Notes: generated by a model from the letters alone, not told the origin. A stretch of DNA of 64,000 nt from an uncultured bacterium (GCA_937862935.1 CALMEO010000055.1:19927-83926); one strand, 5' to 3'; shown: positions 8,810 through 19,265, counted from the stretch's first letter. A program made the numbers and translations.

Positions 8810-9553
8810 ATGAAAAGTAATACACAAGCTTATTGGGACAGACTAAAAACTAAGTTGAAAGATTTAAACATCTTACCTTACGAGGATGTTTACAGTTTTC
8901 TAACATTGGATAATAATTACCTAAATTATTTAGGAAAAGCTAAGAATCGTACTCTTATTTCAGAAAATCTTGAAATGTATAAATCTATAATGTTTTATAC
9001 ACAACATCTAGAAGATTCTTTTAAACTGCAAAATTCTTATGCTGGTTTTTGGAATTTTTCACATAGGTTAAGGTTTATTGTAGAACATAATACTGAAATT
9101 ACTAGACTAAAATGTAAATGTGGAAAAAAATTAACTTGGACCACCTACTGTAGACATTGCCCAGATTATAAAAGAAACCAATTAGGAAAACCACATACAG
9201 AACTAACAAAAAGAAAGATGAGGTTATCTACACTAGATTACATAAAGACACTTAAAGGTCAAGTAGTACCCCGTTATAATAAAACAAGTATTACCGTTTT
9301 AGAAAACTATGCTAAGAAGCATAATTTAAGGTTAATGCATGCAGAGAATGGCGGCGAATTTTTCATTAAGGAACTTGGGTATTTTGTAGATGGGTACGAT
9401 CCTATAAACAATGTTGTTGTCGAATTTGATGAACGACATCATTTTACGTTAGACGGAAAACTAAAACAGCGAGATGTAGAAAGAGAGACGGAAATAAAAA
9501 AACTATTAAAATGCGAATTTATCAGAATAAGGTATGATCAAATACAAGAATAA
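8810..9553 (+). CDS. free-standing homing endonuclease-like gene (Zn finger plus Vsr/EDxHD-like PD-(D/E)XK core) between the intein halves
   Basis: CKCGKK...CRHCPDY and YFVDGYDPINNVVVEFDERHHF; sits between IntN and IntC. Confidence 0.6.
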   Translation: MKSNTQAYWDRLKTKLKDLNILPYEDVYSFLTLDNNYLNYLGKAKNRTLISENLEMYKSIMFYTQHLEDSFKLQNSYAGFWNFSHRLRFIVEHNTEITRLKCKCGKKLTWTTYCRHCPDYKRNQLGKPHTELTKRKMRLSTLDYIKTLKGQVVPRYNKTSITVLENYAKKHNLRLMHAENGGEFFIKELGYFVDGYDPINNVVVEFDERHHFTLDGKLKQRDVERETEIKKLLKCEFIRIRYDQIQE

Positions 9554-9857
9554 TCACACATTTCAAGTTCTAACACCCACGGGTTTTAAACCTTTTTCGG
9601 GGATTAGGCAAACTACTAAATCAAAAGTCGTAAATCTTACACTATCTGATGGCGTTACTGTAGTAGTATCACTAAAACACAAAGTTGTTGTCAATGGAAA
9701 AGAGATACTTGCTAAGGATTTAAAAGAAGGTGACCAAATTGGAAATTTTAACACTGTTGAAAAGATTGAAATATTGGAGAAACCAACATTACTATATGAC
9801 CTTGTTAATGTCGGTACAGACAATTTATATCTTACAGATTCTTTTACCTCGCATAAT
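9534..9857 (+). mobile_element. split intein C-fragment (IntC, 108 aa)
   Basis: Ends ...LLYDLVNVGTDNLYLTDSFTSHN followed by Cys+1 (intein blocks F/G). Confidence 0.75.
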
Positions 9858-10697
9858 TGTGATTTCCTATCTTCAGGGGATTCTGTTATTGAACCTGAGA
9901 TTCTTTCCTATTATGAGGAAACATTCCAAATTGATCCATTGGAAAAAAGAGGTGTTGATCACAATCTTTGGATATGGGAATATCCAGATTCACACAAATC
10001 TTACATGATAGTAGCCGACGTCTCTAGAGGAGATTCTACTGACTACTCCGCATTTCATATCTTTGATATTGAAACAGCAGCACAGATTGGAGAGTATAAA
10101 GGTAAACTTTCACCTAAAGATTTTGGTAATGTACTAGTAGCAATTGCTTCAGAATATAATGATGCACTACTGGTAGTGGAGAATGCTAACATTGGATGGG
10201 CAACCATCGAACAGATATTAGCTAGAGAATACAAAAATCTATATTACTCATCTAGGTCAGAAACAGAAACAGTTGAATCCTATATGGCTAAATACGAAAG
10301 GGATATGTTGGTACCGGGTTTTACAATGTCTCAACGTAGTAGACCATTGGTAATTGCAAAGTTGACAGAATATGTTAGAGAAAAATCTGTATTGATTAGA
10401 TCAAAGAGATTATTGTCAGAACTAAGGGTATTTGTTTGGAAGAATGGTAAAGCACAAGCACAAACAAATTATAATGACGACTTGGTAATGTCTTTTGCTA
10501 CAGGACTGTACGTAAGAGATACAGCAATAAGGTTAAGACAGCAGGGAATGGACTTAGCTAGAGCACAGTTATCTTCAATATCCTCTCTTAACCAACGAAA
10601 TCCTGTGGTGTATAATTCAACAACTTCTAACTACAATAATCCATATAAAATAGAAACCCCGTATGGACATGAAGACCTTACGTGGCTGTTAGAATAA
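9534..10697 (+). CDS. terL: C-intein fragment fused to terminase large subunit C-terminal nuclease part
   Basis: After SHN|CDFLSSGDSV come MIVADVSRGDSTDYSAF, VVENANIGW and NYNDDLVMSFA, acidic motifs like an RNase H-fold terminase nuclease. Confidence 0.85.
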   Translation: MIKYKNNHTFQVLTPTGFKPFSGIRQTTKSKVVNLTLSDGVTVVVSLKHKVVVNGKEILAKDLKEGDQIGNFNTVEKIEILEKPTLLYDLVNVGTDNLYLTDSFTSHNCDFLSSGDSVIEPEILSYYEETFQIDPLEKRGVDHNLWIWEYPDSHKSYMIVADVSRGDSTDYSAFHIFDIETAAQIGEYKGKLSPKDFGNVLVAIASEYNDALLVVENANIGWATIEQILAREYKNLYYSSRSETETVESYMAKYERDMLVPGFTMSQRSRPLVIAKLTEYVREKSVLIRSKRLLSELRVFVWKNGKAQAQTNYNDDLVMSFATGLYVRDTAIRLRQQGMDLARAQLSSISSLNQRNPVVYNSTTSNYNNPYKIETPYGHEDLTWLLE

Positions 10698-10703
10698 TGT
10701 AAA

Positions 10704-10711
10704 CTATTTAT
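10704..10711 (+). promoter_or_regulatory. CTATTTAT box
   Basis: 18 nt upstream of the portal ATG 10729. Confidence 0.5.
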
Positions 10712-10728
10712 TAAAAACAAATTTTAGA

Positions 10729-12585
10729 ATGGCAGAAAGAAATTTATTTTCCTCTTTACAAAGACTCTTTTCGACAGATATACTGGTACGTAATGTAGGG
10801 GGAACCGAATTAAAGATAGCTGATGTAAATCATATTCAAGCAACAGGTAAATATCAAACAAATTCCCTGTTAGATAGATTTTCACGACTATACGTGTACA
10901 ATAATAGAAACATCTTCAACCCAAATCTCAACTACCAAACGTTGAGAATTCAGTTATACTCTGATTATGAAGCAATGGATACAGATCCGTTAATTGCTTC
11001 TACTTTAGATGTTTTAGCAGACGAATCAACTCTACGTAATGATCAAGGAGATGTCCTTTCTATTAAATCTTCTGATGAAAATATACAAAGAGTTCTCTAT
11101 AACCTATACTATGATATATTAAATATTGAGTTCAATTTATGGTCATGGGTCAGAAACATGTGTAAATATGGAGACTTTTTTCTTAAATTGGAAATTTCCG
11201 AAGAGTTTGGAGTATACAATGTACTACCGTACACTGTTTATAACATGGTTAGACATGAAGGTAGTGATAAGAATGAACCAGCTAAAGTTTGTTTTACAAT
11301 TAATCCGGACGGTTTAGCAGCATCAACAGATCCAAATTATATTCCTACTTCAAATAAATCCACTATTAACTTAGATAATTACGAAGTAGCTCACTTCAGG
11401 TTAATTTCAGATACAAATTATTTACCTTACGGTAGATCCTATATTGAACCAGCTAGAAAAATCTACAAACAATTAACGTTAATGGAAGATGCGATGTTAA
11501 TACATCGTATCATGAGAGCTCCTGAAAAGAGAACATTCTTTATTAATGTAGGTTCTATTCCACCAAACGAAGTAGAACAGTTTATGCAAAAAACAATAAG
11601 TAGTATTAAAAAGACTCCTTATATAGATCCGCAAACTGGTCAATATAACCTACGATTCAATATGCAAAATATGATGGAAGATTTCTATCTTCCTGTTCGT
11701 GGAGGAGATACTTCAACACGTATTGAAACTACAAAAGGCTTGGATTATGATGGTACAAATGATATTACTTATTTAAGAGATAAAATGTTTGCTGCACTAA
11801 AGGTACCGAAAGCTTTTTTCGGATATGAAAAAGATTTATCAGGTAAAGCTACATTAGCAGCAGAAGATATTCAATTTGCCAGAACAGTTGAACGCATACA
11901 GAGAATCGTAGAAAGTGAACTAACTAAAATAGGGTTAGTTCACTTGTATGCACAGGGATTCACAGGAGAATCTCTTACTAACTTTGAGATTAAACTGTCA
12001 ACTCCTTCAATTATTTTTGAGCAAGAGAAGGTTGCTTTAATGAAGGAAAAGGTAGATTTAGCTAGACAGATGCAGGAAACTAAACTATTTCCCTCTGATT
12101 ATATCTACGAGAACATTTACAACTTATCTGAAGATAAATATAATGAGATGAGAAACCTTGTAAGAGAGGATGCTAAAAGAGATTTTAGGTTATCTCAAAT
12201 TGAAAATGAGGGTAATGACCCGGTTATTACAGGTCAGTCATACGGTACACCTCATGATTTGGCTTCTATGTACGGCTACAGGGAACAAGGAGAACTACCG
12301 CTAGGTTATGACGAAAAGAACCCAGAAGGAAGACCTAGAGAAAAAATGTCAATCTTAGGTACTCATGCTGATCCGGTAGGAGGTATAGATAGGTTGGGGG
12401 TACAGGGTATGAAAGGGGGACAACCTTCTGATGTAGAGAATATAAAAGAGAATAATAAAACCCATACGGTATTATTGAGAAATAAATTGAATTTTCCACC
12501 TAGAAAACAGTTAATATTCGAAAAATTAGAGGAAGTTACTTCAAATCTATTAAACGAAGATCAAATTAAAGATTTAGACGATTAA
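10729..12585 (+). CDS. portal protein
   Basis: 618 aa directly after the terminase; MLIHRIMRAPEKRTFFINVG resembles the conserved core of T4 gp20-type portals. Confidence 0.75.
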   Translation: MAERNLFSSLQRLFSTDILVRNVGGTELKIADVNHIQATGKYQTNSLLDRFSRLYVYNNRNIFNPNLNYQTLRIQLYSDYEAMDTDPLIASTLDVLADESTLRNDQGDVLSIKSSDENIQRVLYNLYYDILNIEFNLWSWVRNMCKYGDFFLKLEISEEFGVYNVLPYTVYNMVRHEGSDKNEPAKVCFTINPDGLAASTDPNYIPTSNKSTINLDNYEVAHFRLISDTNYLPYGRSYIEPARKIYKQLTLMEDAMLIHRIMRAPEKRTFFINVGSIPPNEVEQFMQKTISSIKKTPYIDPQTGQYNLRFNMQNMMEDFYLPVRGGDTSTRIETTKGLDYDGTNDITYLRDKMFAALKVPKAFFGYEKDLSGKATLAAEDIQFARTVERIQRIVESELTKIGLVHLYAQGFTGESLTNFEIKLSTPSIIFEQEKVALMKEKVDLARQMQETKLFPSDYIYENIYNLSEDKYNEMRNLVREDAKRDFRLSQIENEGNDPVITGQSYGTPHDLASMYGYREQGELPLGYDEKNPEGRPREKMSILGTHADPVGGIDRLGVQGMKGGQPSDVENIKENNKTHTVLLRNKLNFPPRKQLIFEKLEEVTSNLLNEDQIKDLDD

Positions 12586-12588
12586 AGC

Positions 12589-12596
12589 CTATTTAT
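12589..12596 (+). promoter_or_regulatory. CTATTTAT box
   Basis: 19 nt upstream of GTG 12615. Confidence 0.5.
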
Positions 12597-12614
12597 AACA
12601 AAGAATATCATATT

Positions 12615-13466
12615 GTGAAAATCAAACATAGTAAATACAAAAATACAGGGTTGATATTTGAACTACTTGTTAAGCAGATTACTGCTGATACACTTTCCAA
12701 CCAAGACTCTCCAGCTATCAAAATACTTAAAAAGTTTTATACTGGAAAATCATCACTTGTAAGGGAATATAAACTATACGATTTTATATTAAAAAATAGG
12801 GGGATTGATAGTCAGAAAGCAGAAAGAATTATTAATACAATTGTCGAATTATCTTCTAAGTTAGATACTACTTCACTTAGAAAGCAAAAATACGAACTTA
12901 TAAAAGAGGTAAAAAAGTATTATGATTTGGAAGAATTCTTTTCAATCAAGGTAGAGTCCTACAAACCTTTAGCAGCCTTATACTGTCTCCTGGAAGTTCA
13001 AAACCAACCTAACTGTATTGATCCTGAAGTACTTGTAGAAAATAAAACAACGTTACTTACCCACTTAACAGTGAAAAATAACCTTGTTGAAAGTAGAGAT
13101 GAGCTACTAGATGAATACAGTACATATGATAAAGACTTAAAACTTTTAACTTACAAAATTTTATTAGAAAAATTTAATACTAGATACAGTCACCTACTTC
13201 CGGAACAAAAAAATATATTAAAAGAGGTTATTACTTCTGCTAACTCAACAATTCGATTACGTAAAATAGTTAATGAAGAAGTCTTTAGAGTTAGAAAAGA
13301 AATTAGAGTTCTTAAGGAAACTGTCACTGATGAGGTTACTAAAATAAAGTTAGAAGAAGTGCTCAAGTTAATCAAACCTATCAAAAATACGGTAAAAGTA
13401 ACTGATGATCATTTAGTTTCGTTAATGCAGTACTACGATTTATTAAATGAGTTAAAAGCAGCATGA
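12615..13466 (+). CDS. hypothetical protein (head module)
   Basis: 283-aa ORF with GTG start 19 nt after a CTATTTAT box. Confidence 0.6.
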   Translation: MKIKHSKYKNTGLIFELLVKQITADTLSNQDSPAIKILKKFYTGKSSLVREYKLYDFILKNRGIDSQKAERIINTIVELSSKLDTTSLRKQKYELIKEVKKYYDLEEFFSIKVESYKPLAALYCLLEVQNQPNCIDPEVLVENKTTLLTHLTVKNNLVESRDELLDEYSTYDKDLKLLTYKILLEKFNTRYSHLLPEQKNILKEVITSANSTIRLRKIVNEEVFRVRKEIRVLKETVTDEVTKIKLEEVLKLIKPIKNTVKVTDDHLVSLMQYYDLLNELKAA

Positions 13467-13690
13467 AAAGATCACAAGTAAAAGAATTATTACGTGAAAT
13501 TTTAAGTGAAGATGGAGTAACCGGTAATGTAACAGCAACAGTTGGTGCATATCAAACTCCTAGAGCATTTGCTAAAAAAGGTCAAGGAAAAAATGTTGCA
13601 ACTAAAACAGCTGAACATTTAGGGATGAAAACAGTTAAAAAGGAGAAATACCCACACAATACTAAAATGTTTGATTACAAAAAATTCTAA
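13463..13690 (+). CDS. hypothetical small protein
   Basis: ATGA overlap with the previous ORF. Confidence 0.55.
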   Translation: MKRSQVKELLREILSEDGVTGNVTATVGAYQTPRAFAKKGQGKNVATKTAEHLGMKTVKKEKYPHNTKMFDYKKF

Positions 13691-13698
13691 CACACATA

Positions 13699-15273
13699 AT
13701 GAGAACATTACAAGAAAAATATAACGGAATAAACGAAGGAAGATTTTCGAAAGAACAATTTTTACGAGATGTTAGACTTCAATTACCAAACTTAATTACT
13801 CAGTATAATGGGTACGACGATGCTGTTCAGATCCTTAAAAATAGAGGAATGATTAGAGAAGGGTTAGGGGATAAACAGTACTTAGATGCTATACGTAACT
13901 CAGATGCAAATAGTGTAAACTCTGCTAAGAAGATTCTAAAGAAAAAATTTAAAGATTTAGACGATAAATATATTGAGGATTTAGCTAAAGAGTGGGCTAG
14001 GAGGGCACTAGATGAAGCTAGGTTAACTAAGAAGAATTTAGCAGATTACAGGTATAAACCAACTAACGATCTTGACAAATACCCTTATGAGCAAATCTTA
14101 AGAGGATTAAGAGTTGAATTAGAGGGTATGCAAGTCACAGGTACACCAACAGCTGAGGATTATAAAAAAGCTTTAACTAAAGTACTCAAAAACCTGCAGA
14201 AAGATGAAATCTTCTACACAAATCAAATAGCAGGAACGAACAAAAAGGTTAATAATCATGATCAAATGATCCCTATTCAAGGTAAGGAGAAAGAGATTAA
14301 GAATAATGTAGATTCCTTTAATGGGTTAAAGAAAGCACAGTTAAAAGAGGGTTTCAAAAATCTCATCAAAAAAGTATTAAGTGAAAATACAGATTCATTA
14401 CATGATTATCACAAATCAAAAGAAAGTAAAGAACCTATTTCAGAAGCTCCAGCAAGTAACAACCCTAAGGTTGAAAAACTTGTAGATGGAATCAATCACC
14501 TAATTTCTCAAGCAATTGAAGATGGAGAACCTGTAGGTGTAATCTGGCCAGGTGGAACATGGGATGAACCTTACATATATCAACCAATCCAGTATAAGAA
14601 TGGTCAACTAAAAATCACTTCGAAAAGTGTTTACGGAGGTGAACCAGAAACAGAGGTAATACGTTCTAGAGATATAGAAGTAGACGGTTTACCAATGTTA
14701 CGTACGTTAACGAGAATGTACAAAAAAGCAATCAAAAACCTTGGCTCAAATGTAAATGAGGGAAATGGACCGGTAGAGAAGACAGTTAATCTTAAAAAGT
14801 TACACAAGATTGCTATGAAAGCAGGTAATTTCGGTTCAGATGTAAAAGATGCACTGTTGAATTTATACATGGGGTATGGAGATAAAGTTCCTGTTTCAGC
14901 TATTAAAAAAGTATTAGGTAAGTACGATCTTACATTTACTGATTTAAAAGATGAACCGGCAACTTTTATTCCAAGTTCAGAATTTGCTCATTTATTTAAC
15001 TCATCAGAAGAATTAAAAGAAACCGGTAAAGACGTAACTGGAACTCCTAATGCAACAGGTGAATATGAAATTATGATGCACATGTTAGATGCAGGTATCA
15101 AAACCTACCCAGAAGCAGCAAAATTCTTTTCACTAAACTACAGTAATATGCCTGAGCAGCAAATTAAGTTCTTAACTAACCTCTACTTTGAAAGATACCA
15201 GGATGAAGAAGCTTCGGTAGATACAAACAGTCATGAAGAAGATTTAGATACACTTAACATTTCAACAAACTAA
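13699..15273 (+). CDS. hypothetical protein (head module)
   Basis: 524-aa ORF between the portal and prohead protease genes. Confidence 0.65.
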   Translation: MRTLQEKYNGINEGRFSKEQFLRDVRLQLPNLITQYNGYDDAVQILKNRGMIREGLGDKQYLDAIRNSDANSVNSAKKILKKKFKDLDDKYIEDLAKEWARRALDEARLTKKNLADYRYKPTNDLDKYPYEQILRGLRVELEGMQVTGTPTAEDYKKALTKVLKNLQKDEIFYTNQIAGTNKKVNNHDQMIPIQGKEKEIKNNVDSFNGLKKAQLKEGFKNLIKKVLSENTDSLHDYHKSKESKEPISEAPASNNPKVEKLVDGINHLISQAIEDGEPVGVIWPGGTWDEPYIYQPIQYKNGQLKITSKSVYGGEPETEVIRSRDIEVDGLPMLRTLTRMYKKAIKNLGSNVNEGNGPVEKTVNLKKLHKIAMKAGNFGSDVKDALLNLYMGYGDKVPVSAIKKVLGKYDLTFTDLKDEPATFIPSSEFAHLFNSSEELKETGKDVTGTPNATGEYEIMMHMLDAGIKTYPEAAKFFSLNYSNMPEQQIKFLTNLYFERYQDEEASVDTNSHEEDLDTLNISTN

Positions 15274-15275
15274 TC

Positions 15276-15854
15276 ATGAATAAGTTATTAATCAACGTAT
15301 CCCCTTTTAAAGGATTACTTACAGAAGCAGAAGGTAGACCTGGAGTATTTGAAGTAACAGGTATCATGCAAAGAGCTGGTGCTGAAAACCAAAATGGGAG
15401 AGTTTACAAAAGAGAAATCCTAGAAAGAGAAGTTCAAAAGTATATTGAAAACTTTGTTAAAGTGGGTAACGCATATGGAGAACTTGATCACCCTGAATCT
15501 CCAATTGTCTCCCTTAAGAACGCTTCACATATAGTAAAAGATTTGTGGTGGGAAGGAGATAATTTGATGGGTAAGGTAGAATTATTAGATACTCCAAGTG
15601 GAAATATCGTTAGAAATATTATTAGAGCTGGACATACAGTAGGTATTTCATCTCGTGGAACAGGGTCGGTAACACAAACTAACGAAGGTACATTACTTGT
15701 ACAACCTGATTTTGAATTAGTAGGTTGGGATTTCGTTTCTAATCCATCAACTCAGGGAGCATTTATGAATCCAATCTCACTAAACGAAGGTAAACAGTTT
15801 ACAGGAAAATACGATAAAATAAATTTAATCATAAACAACATCTTAAGATCATAA
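15276..15854 (+). CDS. prohead protease (T4 gp21-like)
   Basis: YGELDHPES and GISSRGTGS motifs; lies upstream of the scaffold and capsid genes. Confidence 0.6.
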   Translation: MNKLLINVSPFKGLLTEAEGRPGVFEVTGIMQRAGAENQNGRVYKREILEREVQKYIENFVKVGNAYGELDHPESPIVSLKNASHIVKDLWWEGDNLMGKVELLDTPSGNIVRNIIRAGHTVGISSRGTGSVTQTNEGTLLVQPDFELVGWDFVSNPSTQGAFMNPISLNEGKQFTGKYDKINLIINNILRS

Positions 15855-16243
15855 TGGATAATTTTAGTATACAAAAGTGGCAAGCAAAACACTTAAAACC
15901 GGCTTTACTTACTGAAAATGTACAAAATTTTGAATCAAAAATTTATTCACCAATTCTACACTGGTTAGATGAGTTAGAGGGAAGTCAAGCACCTAGTAAT
16001 GTTCTTAAAGCTATTAAAGTAGCAACAGATATTTTAGAAGGTAGAGCAGCTGCTATTCTAAATAAAAATTACCCAGGACAGGCACCTGTAAATGAATTTA
16101 CAGAACCTTCTCAAAATTTAGTACTGATGGTAAATAATTACCTTGATTCTAAAGCTATTTCAGAAGAGGAAAAATTAGAAGAACTTTTAGAATTGGTTGA
16201 CTTCTGTGAGCAAAAAATTGAAGAATTAAATACACCGTTATAA
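15854..16243 (+). CDS. hypothetical small acidic protein
   Basis: ATGG overlap; N-terminal IQKWQAKHLK motif shared with the next ORF. Confidence 0.55.
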   Translation: MDNFSIQKWQAKHLKPALLTENVQNFESKIYSPILHWLDELEGSQAPSNVLKAIKVATDILEGRAAAILNKNYPGQAPVNEFTEPSQNLVLMVNNYLDSKAISEEEKLEELLELVDFCEQKIEELNTPL

Positions 16244-16482
16244 TGAAAGATTTAAACATACATGAATGGCAGAGAAAATACCTTAAAGAAGAGGTTAATG
16301 ATGTTACAAATATGGTTGCAGAGGTAACAGCTTTAAGTGCTGAAGATATGGAAGATTTTCTATTTAGATTAGGTAAATACTTCGAATCATCTTCAGAAGA
16401 ACTAACGAACATGGATGCTAGAAATGTAGGAAAACACTTAATTGCAGCATCTCAAATAGTGAAAGCTAGAACAGGAAATTAA
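16243..16482 (+). CDS. hypothetical small protein
   Basis: N-terminal IHEWQRKYLK motif; terminator downstream. Confidence 0.55.
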   Translation: MKDLNIHEWQRKYLKEEVNDVTNMVAEVTALSAEDMEDFLFRLGKYFESSSEELTNMDARNVGKHLIAASQIVKARTGN

Positions 16483-16507
16483 AACTACATATTAGAAAAT
16501 ACATTAA

Positions 16508-16539
16508 AACCTTGCAAAAACTGCAGGGTTTTCTGTTTT
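16508..16539 (+). terminator. rho-independent terminator
   Basis: AACCTTGCA-AAAAC-TGCAGGGTT (9 bp) followed by TTCTGTTTT. Confidence 0.7.
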
Positions 16540-16655
16540 CGGTTTCCCGTACATATTTATTACTGAATATATCGTGACTCTATACGGTATCTACTACAAT
16601 GTAAAACACTATTACGTTATTATTCAATAAACGTACGACAATCACAACAATAAAA

Positions 16656-17588
16656 ATGATAAACAAAAATCTGTTTAAAGAAGCAATTGCTGAAGCTAGA
16701 ACTGTACGTCAGGTAGCTATCACAAATGCAAAAGAAGCTTTAGAAGAGTCTTTAACACCGCATTTAAAGGAAATGTTAGTTAAGAAACTTCAAGAAATGG
16801 AAGAAGCTGATAATGAAGAGGTAGTTGACGAAAACATTAACAATGTTGAAGATGAACATGAGTTAGTTAATAACGTTAACGAAACTGAAGAAGCAGAAGA
16901 AGATACTGAAGAAGAAGTAGATGATGTACCAGTAGAAAACTCTCCAGAAGAAGCACCAGCAGAAGAAGAAGAGTTAGATTTTGAAAACATGACTAGAGAT
17001 GATTTTAAAAATTTACTTTCTGATTTAATGGGAGAAATTGAAGCTGAAAAAGGGGAAGAAACACCAGGTGAAGACATTTCAGATGAAAATGCAATTGATA
17101 TTGATGAGCCATCTGAAGAGGATATTAACATTGATGAACTATTAGCTGAATTAGCAGGGGAAGAAGCAAAAGAAGAAATCAACGAAGCTGATAAGAAGGA
17201 TGAACAAGACCTGAAAAAAGTTGAAAATAAAGATCTTAAAGAAGCTTTACAAACTGTTAATGACCTTAAAAATCAACTTCAAGAGGTTAATCTTTTAAAC
17301 GCAAAATTACTTTATGTAAATAAGGTTTTTAAATCAAATAATTTAACTGAAAGTCAAAAAGTAAATGTTATTGCAGCATTTGACAAAGCTGAAACAGTTA
17401 GAGAAGTAAAATTAGTTTTCGAAACAGTGTCTAAAAATGTAGTGGTTAAGAAACCGTCTACAATTAAAGAACATGCATCATTTGCATCAAAACCTACAGG
17501 TACTACAACATTAGCTCCAAAAGAGATTGTTAATGAAGTATCAGAACAGGTTTTAAGAATGCAAAAGTTAGCGGGAATTATAAAATAA
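16656..17588 (+). CDS. scaffolding protein (acidic, coiled-coil-like)
   Basis: Extremely Glu/Asp-rich 310-aa ORF immediately upstream of the major capsid gene. Confidence 0.55.
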   Translation: MINKNLFKEAIAEARTVRQVAITNAKEALEESLTPHLKEMLVKKLQEMEEADNEEVVDENINNVEDEHELVNNVNETEEAEEDTEEEVDDVPVENSPEEAPAEEEELDFENMTRDDFKNLLSDLMGEIEAEKGEETPGEDISDENAIDIDEPSEEDINIDELLAELAGEEAKEEINEADKKDEQDLKKVENKDLKEALQTVNDLKNQLQEVNLLNAKLLYVNKVFKSNNLTESQKVNVIAAFDKAETVREVKLVFETVSKNVVVKKPSTIKEHASFASKPTGTTTLAPKEIVNEVSEQVLRMQKLAGIIK

Positions 17589-17612
17589 CAAATACAACAT
17601 TTAGTTTTTAAA

Positions 17613-19265
17613 ATGAACTTAAACCAACTATTAGAAAGCTCAAATACGTACAAAACCTTGCAAGCAGATGCTGCACGTTTATCAACAAAATGGGCTAAGT
17701 CAGGACTATTAGAGGGGATCTCTAATGAAAATGACAGAAATAACATGTCAATGATTCTTGAGAATCAGGCAAAACAAATCATAGCTGAAGCTAATCAAAC
17801 TGGTACAGGTAATATCGGTACATCAACAGGAAACGCTGAGCAATGGGCAGGGGTAGCTCTTCCATTAGTACGTAAAGTATTCGCTCAAATTTCTGCTAAA
17901 GATTTCTTATCTGTTCAACCAATGAACTTACCATCTGGTCTAGTATTTTACTTAGATTTCAAATATGGTACAAATTCTGCAGGTCAATTCTCAGCAGGTG
18001 ATAATATGTACGGTAACGTTTCTACTGCTAACTCAAAAATGACTAAAGATGCTGATCCATCAGGAGGTCTTTACGGAGCTGGTAGATATGGGTACTCTAC
18101 AAACGATTATACATCTTCTACATTAACATGGCAAGCTACTTTAGCTGCAACTAAGTTTACTACAGGTTCTGCACTTGCAGGAGCTACTTGGGATGCTGCA
18201 TTAAATTACGATACAGTTGTATCTCAATCACTAAAAGGTGGTACACTGTTACAACTTAACGTAACATCAAGTGACTTAGGAGGTGTAAACTTTGCATCTA
18301 AATCAGTTAGATCATTCGCAGTGTCAGGATCAAACATTGTTAACTTCTATCCACAGTTTACTACAGTAACTGACGCAGGTGTTGTTACATTCCTTGTTTC
18401 TGCTTCTGCTGCTAATACAGTATCTGGTGTAGTTGTTAATTATGACGTACAACCGACTGATAACTCAAGAGGTGACTTTGAGGATGGAGCTACTAAAGTA
18501 GGAGCTGCTACTACAATTTCAATACCTGAAATAAACGTTTCATTAGCTTCTGAAGCAATTGTTGCTAAAACAAGAAAATTAAAAGCTCAATGGACTCCAG
18601 AATTCGCACAAGACTTAAATGCTTACCATTCAATTGATGCTGAAGCTGAATTAACATCATTACTTTCGGAATATATTTCAATGGAGATTGATTTAGAATT
18701 ACTTGATATGTTAATACAAGACGCTAGAACAACTGATTACTGGTCAGCGTATAACAACAAAGCTTGGAACGGATCTGCATTCGTATCACAAACTGATGGA
18801 TACTATAATACACAAGGACAATGGTTCCAAACTTTAGGAACTAAAATCCAAAAAGTATCTAATAAGATTCACCAAAAAACTTTAAGAGGTGGAGCTAACT
18901 TCTTAGTATGTTCTCCTTCTGTAGCTACAATCCTTGAATCAATACCGGGATATGCTGCTGAAACAAATGGTGATAAAATGGATTTCGCAATGGGTGTTCA
19001 AAAAGTAGGATCTTTAAACTCAAGATTTAGAGTTTATAAAAATCCTTACATGACTGAAAACGTGATTTTAATGGGTTACAGAGGTTCTCAATTCCTAGAA
19101 ACAGGAGCTGTTTATTCTCCATACATTCCATTAATGATGACTCCATTAGTATATGATCCTAATACACTTACACCAAGAAAAGGTATTATGACTCGTTACG
19201 CTAAGAAAATGATCAGACCGGAATTTTATGGAAAAATCTTTGTTAGTGATCTTGCTACAGTTTAA
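17613..19265 (+). CDS. major capsid protein
   Basis: 550 aa after the protease and scaffold genes; N-terminus (LSTKWAKSGLLEG...MILENQAKQ) resembles the T4 gp23 family; strong terminator follows. Confidence 0.75.
   Translation: MNLNQLLESSNTYKTLQADAARLSTKWAKSGLLEGISNENDRNNMSMILENQAKQIIAEANQTGTGNIGTSTGNAEQWAGVALPLVRKVFAQISAKDFLSVQPMNLPSGLVFYLDFKYGTNSAGQFSAGDNMYGNVSTANSKMTKDADPSGGLYGAGRYGYSTNDYTSSTLTWQATLAATKFTTGSALAGATWDAALNYDTVVSQSLKGGTLLQLNVTSSDLGGVNFASKSVRSFAVSGSNIVNFYPQFTTVTDAGVVTFLVSASAANTVSGVVVNYDVQPTDNSRGDFEDGATKVGAATTISIPEINVSLASEAIVAKTRKLKAQWTPEFAQDLNAYHSIDAEAELTSLLSEYISMEIDLELLDMLIQDARTTDYWSAYNNKAWNGSAFVSQTDGYYNTQGQWFQTLGTKIQKVSNKIHQKTLRGGANFLVCSPSVATILESIPGYAAETNGDKMDFAMGVQKVGSLNSRFRVYKNPYMTENVILMGYRGSQFLETGAVYSPYIPLMMTPLVYDPNTLTPRKGIMTRYAKKMIRPEFYGKIFVSDLATV

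Noticed and set aside
8682-9857. A contiguous intein with an embedded endonuclease domain, or a group I intron, in the terminase gene
   Set aside because: A stop codon (8772), a 35-nt gap carrying its own promoter-in-hairpin, and a frame change separate the three ORFs. The IntC ORF has its own ATG. I recognised no group I intron core helices. A split-intein arrangement explains the sequence better.
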